This document shows positions 10,225 through 20,095 of a DNA stretch of 64,000 bases, one piece after another. The stretch is from Mycoplasmatota bacterium. Its GTDB lineage: Bacteria; Bacillota_I; Bacilli_A; RF39; UBA660. Each line of letters starts with the position of its first letter. Position 1 is the first letter of the stretch. The stretch spans positions 130,663 through 194,662 of the forward strand of contig JALFCF010000001.1 in assembly GCA_022771205.1 (NCBI GenBank). The letters run 5' to 3'. Made by a program: the position numbers and the translations under genes. The notes beneath the pieces are model-generated. The model had not been told where the DNA came from. It was given only the letters and a program-made list of their open reading frames with translations, and made no database searches.

Positions 10225-10494
10225 CTATGTTAGATATTTATTTCTAATGTATATTTTTCTTCTAAAACTTTTTGGATGTTCTACATTAATATATCCTTTA
10301 TCAACTAATGTTCTAATAAGACTAGAAATTGTTCTAGTAGAACATTTAAGCTTTTCAGCATAATATTTGTTAGATCCAAAAGCATATCCTTTTTGATTTG
10401 AATTAGAGAGTAGTAGAGTAAAAAAGACAATTGTGCTTTTACTCAAATTGTCTTCTAATAAATCATAATATAGTTTTCCATGATTCTTACTCAT
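10225..10494 (-). CDS. Winged-helix/HTH protein resembling the N-terminal domain of replication-initiator/replisome-organiser proteins
   Basis: '...AEKLKCSTRTISSLIRTLVDKGYINVEH' is a typical HTH_36/RepA-N-like helix-turn-helix. Confidence 0.4.
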   Translation of the reverse strand: MSKNHGKLYYDLLEDNLSKSTIVFFTLLLSNSNQKGYAFGSNKYYAEKLKCSTRTISSLIRTLVDKGYINVEHPKSFRRKIYIRNKYLT

Positions 10495-10699
10495 TTCTTA
10501 ATCGCTTCCTTTCTTTTCTAATTGCTTTTGATATAACCATATCTTTAAAAGCATCAGCTGATTCAATCATGTATTTAACTAACGAATCTTCTATACACAT
10601 TACTAAAAAGTCATTAATACTAATTCCTCTAGAATTAGCTTCAGATTTTACTAAATCAAAAACATCTTGTCTTATTCTTAATAAAAATTTATGCATCAT
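10487..10699 (-). CDS. Arc/MetJ-type ribbon-helix-helix DNA-binding protein
   Basis: 'KFLLRIRQDVFDLVKSEANSRGISINDFLVMCIEDSL' matches the Arc-like RHH pattern (beta-strand K/R-x-L-R-I + two helices). Confidence 0.5.
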   Translation of the reverse strand: MMHKFLLRIRQDVFDLVKSEANSRGISINDFLVMCIEDSLVKYMIESADAFKDMVISKAIRKERKRLRNE

Positions 10700-10713
10700 T
10701 TATTTATACCTCC

Positions 10714-11133
10714 TTAATCATCATAATCATATTTTGAAAACTTTTTCTTAAATTTATTTAGTGCTTTATTATCATTTGGATTAGTTAATCTATCTATTTC
10801 TAAATCAGAATAAAATTGTTCTAATAACTGAGTAGAATAATACGATTTAGAATATAATTTATCTAATAGAGCATTATTCTTATCTAACATTCTAGATAAC
10901 TTAATATTATTATTACCAGCTGTAACTAATTGAGTAACTGCTTCTGAAAATGAAATGTTACATTTATTTGCATATTCGGTAATAATGCATTCTACATCTA
11001 ATGATATAGAAATATGTTTCTTTAATTTTCTCGTTTTTAAACCTCCTTTCTGTGCCACTAAGTGGACAATATGTAGCCACCAAATTAATTTTTTTATTGA
11101 AAATAATATAAGAGCATAAGAGGTTGATATCAC
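10714..11133 (-). CDS. Hypothetical protein (possible RHH/CopG-like N-terminal region); start codon uncertain
   Basis: Internal 'aaaggagg' RBS at 11036-11043 lies inside the tracked ORF and no canonical start follows it. Flanked by operator-like palindromes. Confidence 0.25.
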   Translation of the reverse strand: MISTSYALILFSIKKLIWWLHIVHLVAQKGGLKTRKLKKHISISLDVECIITEYANKCNISFSEAVTQLVTAGNNNIKLSRMLDKNNALLDKLYSKSYYSTQLLEQFYSDLEIDRLTNPNDNKALNKFKKKFSKYDYDD

Positions 11134-11634
11134 TACAATAAAAAAGCCTTATTACATAAGACTTCTGTGTGATATCAAACTTATTTTGCACTTGCAAAAT
11201 TGTCCCACTAAAGTGGACGTTTATTCTTAATAACCCCTTTACTTTCGATAGAAAAGTATGGACGAAACTATGGGCTATTTTCTTTTGCTTTCATGTATTC
11301 ACCTCCTAACTAGTGTGATAATAAAAAAAGAAGATATTTCTATCTCCTTCGAATATTTTTTCTAATTATACTCATTTTAATGCAATTTGCTTACTAATGA
11401 AAGAATGATTTAAAAGTGTAATTTTTTGATTAAAATAATGTGTTATACAAAATGTATTTTTTAATGGAAATTATCTTAGTTTACTAAAATTTACCATTTC
11501 TTAATATCATTTACAATACCTATTTAAATTCTCATTTTTTTCTCATTTAAAATATTATTAATTATCTTAACTTATTATATTTTTTTACAATACCATATTA
11601 ACACAGAGATATTGTGCCTTTCAATTGTCCTTTT

Positions 11635-11690
11635 CCGTACTTTTTTCGTACCTTTTTCGTACTTTTTATGTACTATTTCCGTACTTTTTA
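11635..11690. repeat. Five tandem 11-bp repeats (c)cgtac(c)ttttt with exact 11-bp phasing (units at 11636, 11647, 11658, 11669, 11680); iteron- or operator-like
   Basis: Seen directly. The helical-turn spacing puts all units on one DNA face. Confidence 0.6.
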
Positions 11691-11939
11691 ATTTATAATT
11701 ATCCTTTTTTACTATATTTTATCACTTAGAAATGGCTTGACAAGAGGATTTTGAAGGGGGGTGGCTGAGGGGCTAATTTTTGCTTCAAAGCCTTATATTT
11801 ACTTGGTTTTATAAAAAATTAACAATAAAAAATTATTATATAAATTGATATTTATATTAAAATTATTTTTTTCTCATGAGTTATACGGAAAAACTGGAAA
11901 TTATGATATAATTATAATTGATTTAAGGAGGAATACATA

Positions 11940-13418
11940 ATGTCTCAAATTATAAAAGAAGATATTTTATGGAAAGCAGCTGAAAAGCTAAGAGATAAAT
12001 GTGATCCAGCTGATTATAAAAACGTTGTACTTGGTTTGGTATTTTTGAAATATGTAAGTGATAAATATGCTGCTAAGTATAAAGAACTTATAAAAGTAGG
12101 AGACGGTAGAGAAAATGATGATGATTATTACATCCAAGATCATGTATTTATTGTTCCTAAAGAAGCCTTATGGAATGAAATTGCTAAACATTCTAAACAG
12201 GACGATTTAGGTCAAGTAATAGATGAAGCATTTGTAGCACTAGAGAAAAATAATAATCAATTAAAAGGGATTTTACCAAAGACATATTCTAAAAGTGATT
12301 TGGACAAAACAGCATTGGGAGAACTAGTTGATTTCTTTTCTAATAATCTTAATATGGAAGATGCAGATGGTGATTTCTTTGGACAAGTTTATGAATATTA
12401 TATTGGTGCATTTGCAAAATATATTCCTACAAAAGGTGGAGAGTTTTTTACACCTAAATCTGTAGTTGAATTAATGGTTGATATATTAGAACCATATAGT
12501 GGTAGAGTATATGACCCGTGCTGTGGATCTGGTGGTATGTTTGTTCAATGTTCTAAGTTTGTTAAAGAGCATAGGGGAAATGTTGATAATATCGCAATCT
12601 TTGGTCAAGAATCAAATCCAGGTACATGGAAAATGGCTAAAATGAATTTAGCTATTAGAGGTCTAGAAGGAAATCTTGGAGAAAAGAATGCAGATTCATT
12701 TACAGAAGATCTTCATAAAACTTTAAGAGCTGATTATATAATTGCTAATCCACCATATAACCTAAAAGAATTTTGGAAACCATCTTTAGAAGGGGATCCG
12801 AGATGGGTATTCGGTAAGCCTGATATAAAGAATGGTAATTATGCTTGGTTATCTTTAATGTATGCTAAATTAGCTCCAAAAGGAAAAGCAGCAATACTTA
12901 TGCCAAATGGAGCTACTGCAAGTAATACAACAGCTGACTATAAAATAAGAAAAGAGATGATTGAATCTGGTAAAGTTGAGGCAATACTTGCTTTACCAAA
13001 TAAATTGTTCTCTAATGTTAGCATTTCAGTTCAATGTTGGATATTAAAAAAAGATAAAACAAATAAAGATATTTTATTTATTAACGCAGATTCTATGGGT
13101 AAACTTCTTAATAGAAAAATAAGAGTTTTAGAAGAAGATGATATAAATAAGATAGTTAAAGCATATAAGGATTTTGAAAATGGTTCTTTAGAAGATATAG
13201 CAGGTTTTTGTAAAGCTGCTGATATAGAAGAAATTAAATCTAAAGATTATTCTTTAAATCCTGGTCGTTATGTTGGAGCTGATTCTTCTCAACAATTATC
13301 TGAAGAAGAAATAAAAGAAGAAATAGCTAAAACATCTAAAGAATTATTCGAATTAATGAAGGAGGGTAGAGAACTAGAAGATAAAGTTAAAGAAATTTTA
13401 GAAGAAGAAATGAAATAG
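11940..13418 (+). CDS. hsdM: Type I restriction-modification system methyltransferase subunit
   Basis: RBS 'aaggagg'. N6-adenine methyltransferase motifs including 'IIANPPYN'. 492 aa is typical for HsdM. Confidence 0.9.
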   Translation: MSQIIKEDILWKAAEKLRDKCDPADYKNVVLGLVFLKYVSDKYAAKYKELIKVGDGRENDDDYYIQDHVFIVPKEALWNEIAKHSKQDDLGQVIDEAFVALEKNNNQLKGILPKTYSKSDLDKTALGELVDFFSNNLNMEDADGDFFGQVYEYYIGAFAKYIPTKGGEFFTPKSVVELMVDILEPYSGRVYDPCCGSGGMFVQCSKFVKEHRGNVDNIAIFGQESNPGTWKMAKMNLAIRGLEGNLGEKNADSFTEDLHKTLRADYIIANPPYNLKEFWKPSLEGDPRWVFGKPDIKNGNYAWLSLMYAKLAPKGKAAILMPNGATASNTTADYKIRKEMIESGKVEAILALPNKLFSNVSISVQCWILKKDKTNKDILFINADSMGKLLNRKIRVLEEDDINKIVKAYKDFENGSLEDIAGFCKAADIEEIKSKDYSLNPGRYVGADSSQQLSEEEIKEEIAKTSKELFELMKEGRELEDKVKEILEEEMK

Positions 13419-13851
13419 TGTTAACTATGTGATTTTGCATTTTATCATCATGAACATTTAATTCGACAGATTCAAGGGCTTCTTTATTTATTGAATCAAA
13501 TATTGTTCCGACAGAAGATGTAATGAATTGGTTCGTGTTTGATAATAGTAAATAATATAGATACTTGTATGAAATAGATTTTGGATGTATTGCTGCTAAA
13601 CCTCTACCGATTGCAATTCTCGTTGGCGAAATATTAATATCTCCAACAGGAGCTCTAACAGTAAATAATAAATCATTACTTTGAGCTTCTTTATTCCAAT
13701 TTGTAGTCCATGTATCAAAAGATGGGTATTTATCACCAAAAGTTGTTCTTCCTTGTAAAAACGGCATACCATCCCCATTATTATTGTAGTATTTTGAAGA
13801 TGGTGATTGTCCCATTGTAATAATTGCAATTTCATTCAACTTTTTAAGCAT
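13387..13851 (-). CDS. Silent hsdS target-recognition-domain cassette 'a', ending in the central conserved repeat (QNHIVNTI)
   Basis: TRD-like sequence. Its 3' end carries the 17-nt inverted copy (13415-13431) of the hsdS central repeat. Confidence 0.55.
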   Translation of the reverse strand: MLKKLNEIAIITMGQSPSSKYYNNNGDGMPFLQGRTTFGDKYPSFDTWTTNWNKEAQSNDLLFTVRAPVGDINISPTRIAIGRGLAAIHPKSISYKYLYYLLLSNTNQFITSSVGTIFDSINKEALESVELNVHDDKMQNHIVNTISFLLLKFL

Positions 13852-14308
13852 ATAATCCGCTCCTTTTAATGTTAACTATGTGTTGTTGCTCGTTTATAGA
13901 AGGAACATTTATTTGCCAATCTAGAAGTGCATCTTTATTGCCTCTTGGCATTTTTGTTCCTTTACATGATGCAACATAATAGTTTATAAAACCATCATTT
14001 GTTAATGAATAATAAAGATATTTATTTAATATGATGTTATTGTTTGCACGCAAAACAATAACATCATTTGAACATCCTCCATCAAATTTTGAAAACCAAA
14101 TTTTTTTAAAGTAAGGTCTTATATTTGATAATAATATATCATTAATTTTAAATGATGTTACGTTACCTTTTGGAAGCGATGTTGCACTGCAAATGCCTTG
14201 GAAATTTAGCAACATATTTTCTGTACTAATATAGCTATTATTATCTAATAAATCACTATTAATTTTTTCTGATATTATTTTACAAACGTCATTTATTTTC
14301 TTTTTCAT
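13844..14308 (-). CDS. Silent hsdS target-recognition-domain cassette 'b' with an hsdS-like N-terminus, ending in the central repeat (NEQQHIVN)
   Basis: Begins 'MKKKINDVCKI', like HsdS N-termini. Its 3' end carries the 19-nt inverted repeat 13870-13888. It is head-to-head with hsdS, 6 nt apart. Confidence 0.55.
   Translation of the reverse strand: MKKKINDVCKIISEKINSDLLDNNSYISTENMLLNFQGICSATSLPKGNVTSFKINDILLSNIRPYFKKIWFSKFDGGCSNDVIVLRANNNIILNKYLYYSLTNDGFINYYVASCKGTKMPRGNKDALLDWQINVPSINEQQHIVNIKRSGLYA
13870..13888. repeat. Inverted copy of IR-A (tgttaactatgtgttgttg) at the 3' end of cassette b; a further copy is at 13415-13431
   Basis: Exact reverse complement of 14780-14798. Confidence 0.7.
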
Positions 14309-14314
14309 ATTAAC

Positions 14315-15451
14315 ATGAACTATAAAATTAAAGATGTATGCGAAGTTACTTCAAGTAGAAGAATATTTGCAAGAGAATATAAAACAAGTGGAATACCTTT
14401 CTTTAGAAGTCAAGAAATTATTGAACTTTCTACAAAAGGTAAAACAATACCGACCATTTATATATCAAATGATAGATATAACGAATTGCTAACTCGGGGT
14501 TTAAACGTTCCGACAAAAGGAGACATTCTAATATCTGCTATAGGAGCAAATAGAGGATATCCATGGAACGTAAGTTTTGATGGCTTTTACTTTAAAGACG
14601 GTAATGTGATTTGGCTTAGAAATTTTTCGAATCAATGTGATTCAAAATATTTAACTTATGCCTTATCTACAAATAAATATATAAGTATGTTACAAACTGC
14701 ATCAGAGCATTCTGCTCAAGGAGCAATTACTTTAGATTTAATAAAAAACATAGAAATACATATACCTCCCATCGAAAAACAACAACACATAGTTAACACT
14801 ATAGGAAGTATTGATGATTTAATTGAAAATTATAATGATCAAATAGCCAAAATATGCAACATATTATCGACCACATTAAATAAATATAATGAAATCACAT
14901 ATATATCTTATTATGAACCAGAAATAATAAAATCAGGGATTAATACATTTGATAAAGAAAAGATATATTTAGATACATCATCAATTAATGGTATAAATAA
15001 TTTGTCGAATGGAGAAGTTATTACCTATAGTAAAAGACCATCAAGAGCAAATATGCAACCTATTAATAATTCAGTTTGGTTTGCAAAAATGAAAGGTTCT
15101 GAAAAAATTCTTTTATTAACTGAAAATGATAATGATATTGTCAATAATAATATTTTATCAACTGGTTTTTTAGGAATTAAAGCTTCGGGCAAGTTCCCAT
15201 TATCTTTATTGTTTTCAATTATAATATCTAATAATTTTAAAATACAAAGAGATCTTAATTCGGTAGGAACAACAATGGCTGGCATTAATAATGAAACATT
15301 TGTTAAAATACTTGTTCCAAAACTTTCTGAGGAAGAAATTAAATATTATGACCAAAAATACAAATATTTAGTGATGAAATTATCTTATTTAAGAAGACAA
15401 ATAAAATTATTAAATGATGTTAAACAAAACTTATTAAGCAAATATTTTTAA
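14315..15451 (+). CDS. hsdS: Type I RM specificity subunit (two TRDs, central and C-terminal conserved coiled-coil repeats)
   Basis: 378 aa. Layout is TRD1, then 'IPPIEKQQHIVNTIGSIDDLIEN', then TRD2, then 'LSEEEIKYYDQKYKYL...'. Confidence 0.85.
   Translation: MNYKIKDVCEVTSSRRIFAREYKTSGIPFFRSQEIIELSTKGKTIPTIYISNDRYNELLTRGLNVPTKGDILISAIGANRGYPWNVSFDGFYFKDGNVIWLRNFSNQCDSKYLTYALSTNKYISMLQTASEHSAQGAITLDLIKNIEIHIPPIEKQQHIVNTIGSIDDLIENYNDQIAKICNILSTTLNKYNEITYISYYEPEIIKSGINTFDKEKIYLDTSSINGINNLSNGEVITYSKRPSRANMQPINNSVWFAKMKGSEKILLLTENDNDIVNNNILSTGFLGIKASGKFPLSLLFSIIISNNFKIQRDLNSVGTTMAGINNETFVKILVPKLSEEEIKYYDQKYKYLVMKLSYLRRQIKLLNDVKQNLLSKYF
14780..14818. repeat. Recombination repeats inside the hsdS central region: IR-A caacaacacatagttaaca (14780-14798) and IR-B ttaacactataggaagtattgatgat (14793-14818)
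   Basis: Exact inverted copies lie at 13870-13888 (19 nt) and 13415-13431 (17 nt) for IR-A, and at 16888-16913 (26 nt) for IR-B. Confidence 0.7.
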
Positions 15452-15494
15452 ATTGAAATTTATATAATATCTCCTTAGAAAGGAGATTTTTATT

Positions 15495-16295
15495 ATGAAA
15501 GATTTTAAAACATATTTAGTTCATCAAAATTTGTCGAAGAATACTATCAAATCTTATCAATCATCTGTTAATTATTTTTTTAAAGACTTTGAAGAAATCA
15601 ACAAGCAAAATTTATTAGCCTTTAAAGCAACTTTAGTTGATAGCTATAAGGGGAAAACAGTAAATTTAAGAATTCAAGGAATAAATAAATATCTAGAGTA
15701 TATAGGAAAAGATAAATTAAAACTAAAATATATTAAAATTCAACAAAAAACATATTTAGAAAATGTAATAAGTGATGCTGATTATGAGTTTTTAAAAAAT
15801 AAATTATGGAAACAAAAAAACTACGAATGGTATTTCGTAGTAAGATTTCTTGGTGCAACAGGTGCTAGAGTATCAGAACTTATACAATTTAAATATGAAC
15901 ATCTTATTAGAGGGTATATAGACTTATATACTAAATCTGGAAAAATTAGAAGAATATTCATACCTAAAAAACTAAGAATAAAAGCAATAAATTATTATGA
16001 TTCCATTAATAGAACATCTGGATATTTATTTCTTAATAAAGATGGAAAACAAATAACTACTCGTGGTATTGCTCATCAATTAAAAGCTTTAGCTAAAAAA
16101 TATAAGATGAATTTAAATGTTGTATATCCACATTCTTTTAGACATCGATTTGCTAAAAACTTCTTGGAAAAAAGAAAAGATATTGCTTTACTTGCAGATC
16201 TTATGGGTCATGAATCTATTGAAACAACTAGAATTTATTTAAGAAAAACAAGTGAAGAACAGCAAGAAATTGTTGATAGTGTTATTGATTGGTAA
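15495..16295 (+). CDS. Tyrosine site-specific recombinase (Xer/shufflon-type) embedded in the hsdS cassette region
   Basis: Catalytic signatures 'TGARVSEL', 'HSFRHRFA', 'GHESIETTRIY'. RBS 'aaaggag'. Confidence 0.8.
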   Translation: MKDFKTYLVHQNLSKNTIKSYQSSVNYFFKDFEEINKQNLLAFKATLVDSYKGKTVNLRIQGINKYLEYIGKDKLKLKYIKIQQKTYLENVISDADYEFLKNKLWKQKNYEWYFVVRFLGATGARVSELIQFKYEHLIRGYIDLYTKSGKIRRIFIPKKLRIKAINYYDSINRTSGYLFLNKDGKQITTRGIAHQLKALAKKYKMNLNVVYPHSFRHRFAKNFLEKRKDIALLADLMGHESIETTRIYLRKTSEEQQEIVDSVIDW

Positions 16296-16913
16296 AATAT
16301 TTAATCAGTAGCCTATCTTTAATACATTTAAGAAGGGAAACCTTCTTTTTTAATAATACAATTTCCTTAAATATATTATTAAAATATTCTTTATCTTCTT
16401 CAGTTAAGTTAATTGTTTTCAAAAATGGTATAGATTTTGAAGCATGTAATATAGTTGTCCCTTGAGACATATCTCTTATTATAGACTGGTTTAAATTACT
16501 ATTAAGTGAATAATATACTAATCCTTTGTCTTTTTCGTTACATAATACTTTATATAATCCAGAAGAATAAGTTCCTTTTAGACCTATTGCATTTCTACCA
16601 GGTGCCCCGTCCATTGCAATTAATATATCATTTTCATCAGCGAATTTATTGCACAAATCCTTATCAACATATGTATTTGATAGTGATAATAAATCTCCAA
16701 CTCTAATATAATTAATAAAATTATCAGAAAAATAGTCTTTATAATTTAATGATCCTAATTCATTTCCTTTTTCTAATTTTGCAATTGTTGATAAATCTAT
16801 CAATTCTTTGTCTTTATTTAATCTATTAATTTTTATTAGTCCTATTTTATTTAAATTTTCTATTATTTTATTATGATTCTCTATTAGATCATCAATACTT
16901 CCTATAGTGTTAA
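16282..16913 (-). CDS. Silent hsdS cassette 'c': central repeat (NTIGSIDDLIENH...) + alternative TRD2 + C-terminal conserved repeat
   Basis: The minus-strand reading frame is open from the IR-B copy through to 16282. The tracked ORF (TTG start at 16803) is its downstream part. Confidence 0.55.
16888..16913. repeat. Inverted copy of IR-B at the 5' end of cassette c
   Basis: Exact reverse complement of 14793-14818. Confidence 0.7.
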
Positions 16914-16985
16914 TTATGTTTAAATTAGCCTGAGATATCGAAAAAACGCTAATTGTATGTTATAATTGAATGGATAGGTGATAGT

Positions 16986-19900
16986 ATGGTTTATGAGAGT
17001 GAAATTGAAGAAGCAATAATACAATTGTTACAAAATAAAAATTATGAATTTATTGATGAAAATGATAGTTGGATTTCTGATAGAAAATTAGACGAATTTA
17101 TTAATAAAGATTTATTATTAGACTGTTTATCTAGAATTAATGGTACAAATGATTTTGAAATATTAAATGAAGCTGTTAATACAATAATGAGACTTGAAAA
17201 TCCGTCTTTATTTGAAAGAAATTTTGCATTTCATAAATATTTAATAGATGGAATTACTATTGAATCAAAGAATTATGTTGTAAATCCTTTGATTAGATTT
17301 ATTGACTTCGAAACACCTGAAAATAATGTTTTCCAAGTATGCCATCAAGTTAAATTTAATGAAGGTAGAAGTAATAGAATTCCAGATGTAATTATTTATA
17401 TTAATGGTATTCCTTTAGTTGTTATGGAACTAAAGAATTTTAGTGAAGACGCAACAAAAGCTATGCTTGAAGATGCATATGATCAATTAGGCGAATCAAG
17501 TGAACATAATGGATATAGATATGACATACCAACTTTATTTAATTATAATGCTTTCTTAGTAATATCTGATGGAGTAACTACTAAAGTAGGTACTTTGACT
17601 TCTAAGATAGATAGATTTAATGAATGGAAAAGCGTGGCAGGTGAAAAAGGATACGATGATTCTTGCGTAACTCAATTAAATATTCTTATAGATGGACTAT
17701 TTGAACAACATAGATTATTAGATGTGATAAAAAATAATATTTTCTTTATTCAAGATAAAAATAATAAACCAGTTAAAATTATGTCACAATATCATCAATA
17801 TTTTGGTGTTAATAAAGCATATGATTCTATATTAAAAACAATAAAACCTGAAGGTTCTGGTAAAGCTGGTATTATTTGGCATACTCAAGGTTCTGGTAAA
17901 TCATTTTCAATGGTAATGTTAGCACATAGATTGTTGATATCTCCACAATTAAATGTACCAACAATAGTACTATTAACTGATAGAATAGATTTAGACGATC
18001 AATTATATAAAACATTCTTTAGTGCTAGACAATATTTAAAATGTGAACCAGTTGTTGCTACTTCAAGAGAAGATTTAGTAAAAAAATTATCTCAAATAAA
18101 GCAAGGTGGAGTAATACTAACAACTGTTGGAAAATTTGATAAAGAGAATCTTCCTAAAAACGAAAGAACTAATATTATTGTAATGACTGATGAGGCACAT
18201 AGAGGTCACTATGGCTTATATGAAACAGTTCATTATGAAAAGAATAAAGAAACAGATGAAATGGAAGCAGTATTTAAATATGGCGTTGAAAAATATATAA
18301 GAGATGCGTTACCAAATGCTACATTTATAGGTTTTACAGGTACTCCTGTTTCAACTAAAGATAAACAAACTACTGATATATTCGGTGATATTATTGATAC
18401 ATATGATATGACTCAGTCTGTAATTGATGGTTCAACTGTTAAATTATATTATGAATCAAGATTAGCTAAAGTATGGACAGATGAAAATATACTTCATGAG
18501 ATAGATAATTACTATAATGATTTAGAAAAGTCAGGTGACGCAGATTCTAATTCAATTGAAAGATCTAAAGCTGAAATGTCTAAGATTAAGGTTATTTTAG
18601 AAGAAGATGATATGATTAATCTTTTTGCTAATGATATCATTGAACATTATGAAGAAAGAAAAGGTTTCTTAAACGGAAAAGCTATGATTGTTTGTCAAAC
18701 TAGACATGCTGCTGCAAAATTATATAAAAGAATAATAGAATTAAGACCTGAATATGAAAAATCAACTATTCTAGTTGTAACTGAATCAAATAAAGATACA
18801 GCTGAAGAAAGAGAATTATTTGGCAACTCCGATTATAGAAAAGAATTATCGGAGGAATTTAAGAAAGAAAATTCTAAATATAAAATTGCTATTGTATGTG
18901 ATATGTGGCTTACTGGTTTTGATGTTCCAGATCTAGATGTTATGTATTTTATTAAGAGATTAAAATCTTATAATTTAATGCAAGCAATTGCTAGAGTAAA
19001 TAGAGTTTTCCCTGGTAAACCATATGGACTTGTTGTTGATTATATTGGACTTGATAAAGCATTAGATGAAGCATTAACTGAATATACTGATAGAGATAGA
19101 GAAAACAATTGCCAAGATATTAAAGAAGAAATATATACTATATTAAAAGAAAAATTATCAGTATTAAATGAAATGTTCTACAAAGTTGATAAATCAAAAT
19201 TCTTTAGTAGTGATGCATTAACAAGATTTACTGCTATACAAGATGGTACTCAATTTGTTTTAGAAGATAAAAAACGTGAAGATCAATTTATGAGTGATTT
19301 ATCTATAACAATAAAGCAAGCCTTTGTAGTATGCGGTGGTATTGCTACACAAGATGAAAAGAATGATGTTTATTATTACTTATCTATTAGAAGTTATATT
19401 CTTAAACTTAGAATTAGAGTTGGAACTGTATCAACAAGAGAAATGAATGATTATGTTTCTAATTTGTTAGCTGATGCAATTAAAGGTGATGAAGTTAAAG
19501 TTCTAACAAAAGGTGCTGATGCTGTTAATGTAATAGATTTGCTAAGTACAGAAAAAATAGAAGAATTAAGAAAGAAAAATCCACCTTTGGTTTTTGTTGA
19601 AATTGTTAAGCGACTACTTGAAAGAGCAATTGCTGAATCAAGGAAAAATAACTTCTTTAAATCCCAAGAATATTCGAAGAGATTAAGGAAAATTCTTGAA
19701 AAATATAATGATAGAGATAATCTATTTACTCCAGAAACAACAATTGTTGATTTAGTTAATTTTGCTGGTGAAATGGTTAGTGATGAAAAAGAAGCAAATA
19801 AATTAGGTATATTTGGACGTGAAAGAGCATTTTATGATGCATTAATTAGAGATAAATCAGCACAAGAATTATTAAATGATGAGACTTTAAAATTAATTGC

Positions 19901-20087
19901 TCATGAATTAAAAGAAGTGGTAGAGGAATATGCACTAACTGATTGGTCTGCAAAAGAAGCAACTCGTGCTAGAATGAGAACCAAAATTAAGGAATGCTTA
20001 AGAAAATATAATTATCCACCAGAATATACTCAACAAGCAGTGGATGATGTTATTAAACAAGCAGAATATATTATGAATGATAATTAG
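16986..20087 (+). CDS. hsdR: Type I restriction enzyme R subunit
   Basis: Motifs 'TDEAHRG' and 'QGSGKS', ~1030 aa. Start was chosen at ATG 16986 after an 'aggtga' RBS; the track starts at 16953. Confidence 0.9.
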   Translation: MVYESEIEEAIIQLLQNKNYEFIDENDSWISDRKLDEFINKDLLLDCLSRINGTNDFEILNEAVNTIMRLENPSLFERNFAFHKYLIDGITIESKNYVVNPLIRFIDFETPENNVFQVCHQVKFNEGRSNRIPDVIIYINGIPLVVMELKNFSEDATKAMLEDAYDQLGESSEHNGYRYDIPTLFNYNAFLVISDGVTTKVGTLTSKIDRFNEWKSVAGEKGYDDSCVTQLNILIDGLFEQHRLLDVIKNNIFFIQDKNNKPVKIMSQYHQYFGVNKAYDSILKTIKPEGSGKAGIIWHTQGSGKSFSMVMLAHRLLISPQLNVPTIVLLTDRIDLDDQLYKTFFSARQYLKCEPVVATSREDLVKKLSQIKQGGVILTTVGKFDKENLPKNERTNIIVMTDEAHRGHYGLYETVHYEKNKETDEMEAVFKYGVEKYIRDALPNATFIGFTGTPVSTKDKQTTDIFGDIIDTYDMTQSVIDGSTVKLYYESRLAKVWTDENILHEIDNYYNDLEKSGDADSNSIERSKAEMSKIKVILEEDDMINLFANDIIEHYEERKGFLNGKAMIVCQTRHAAAKLYKRIIELRPEYEKSTILVVTESNKDTAEERELFGNSDYRKELSEEFKKENSKYKIAIVCDMWLTGFDVPDLDVMYFIKRLKSYNLMQAIARVNRVFPGKPYGLVVDYIGLDKALDEALTEYTDRDRENNCQDIKEEIYTILKEKLSVLNEMFYKVDKSKFFSSDALTRFTAIQDGTQFVLEDKKREDQFMSDLSITIKQAFVVCGGIATQDEKNDVYYYLSIRSYILKLRIRVGTVSTREMNDYVSNLLADAIKGDEVKVLTKGADAVNVIDLLSTEKIEELRKKNPPLVFVEIVKRLLERAIAESRKNNFFKSQEYSKRLRKILEKYNDRDNLFTPETTIVDLVNFAGEMVSDEKEANKLGIFGRERAFYDALIRDKSAQELLNDETLKLIAHELKEVVEEYALTDWSAKEATRARMRTKIKECLRKYNYPPEYTQQAVDDVIKQAEYIMNDN

Positions 20088-20095
20088 GAGATAGT

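Larger units (their letters stand above)
6640..11250 (-). mobile_element. Remnant integrative element/ICE- or phage-like regulatory module (int pseudogene, small regulators, operator-like palindromes)
   Basis: Co-oriented small genes feed into the integrase: Arc-like RHH, HTH, excisionase-sized protein. There are att-like repeats beyond int. Boundaries are uncertain. Confidence 0.35.

Noticed and set aside
10964-11197. 77-aa ORF 10964-11197
   Set aside because: Out-of-frame overlap with the better-supported 10714-11133 gene. Cys/Tyr-rich junk-like sequence and no RBS.
11740-11790. Local GC-rich patch (gaaggggggtggctgaggggct) as a possible IS end or structured RNA
   Set aside because: Only a weak 7-bp stem (tttgaag/cttcaaa). 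No terminal inverted repeats or transposase nearby. Left as unexplained composition.
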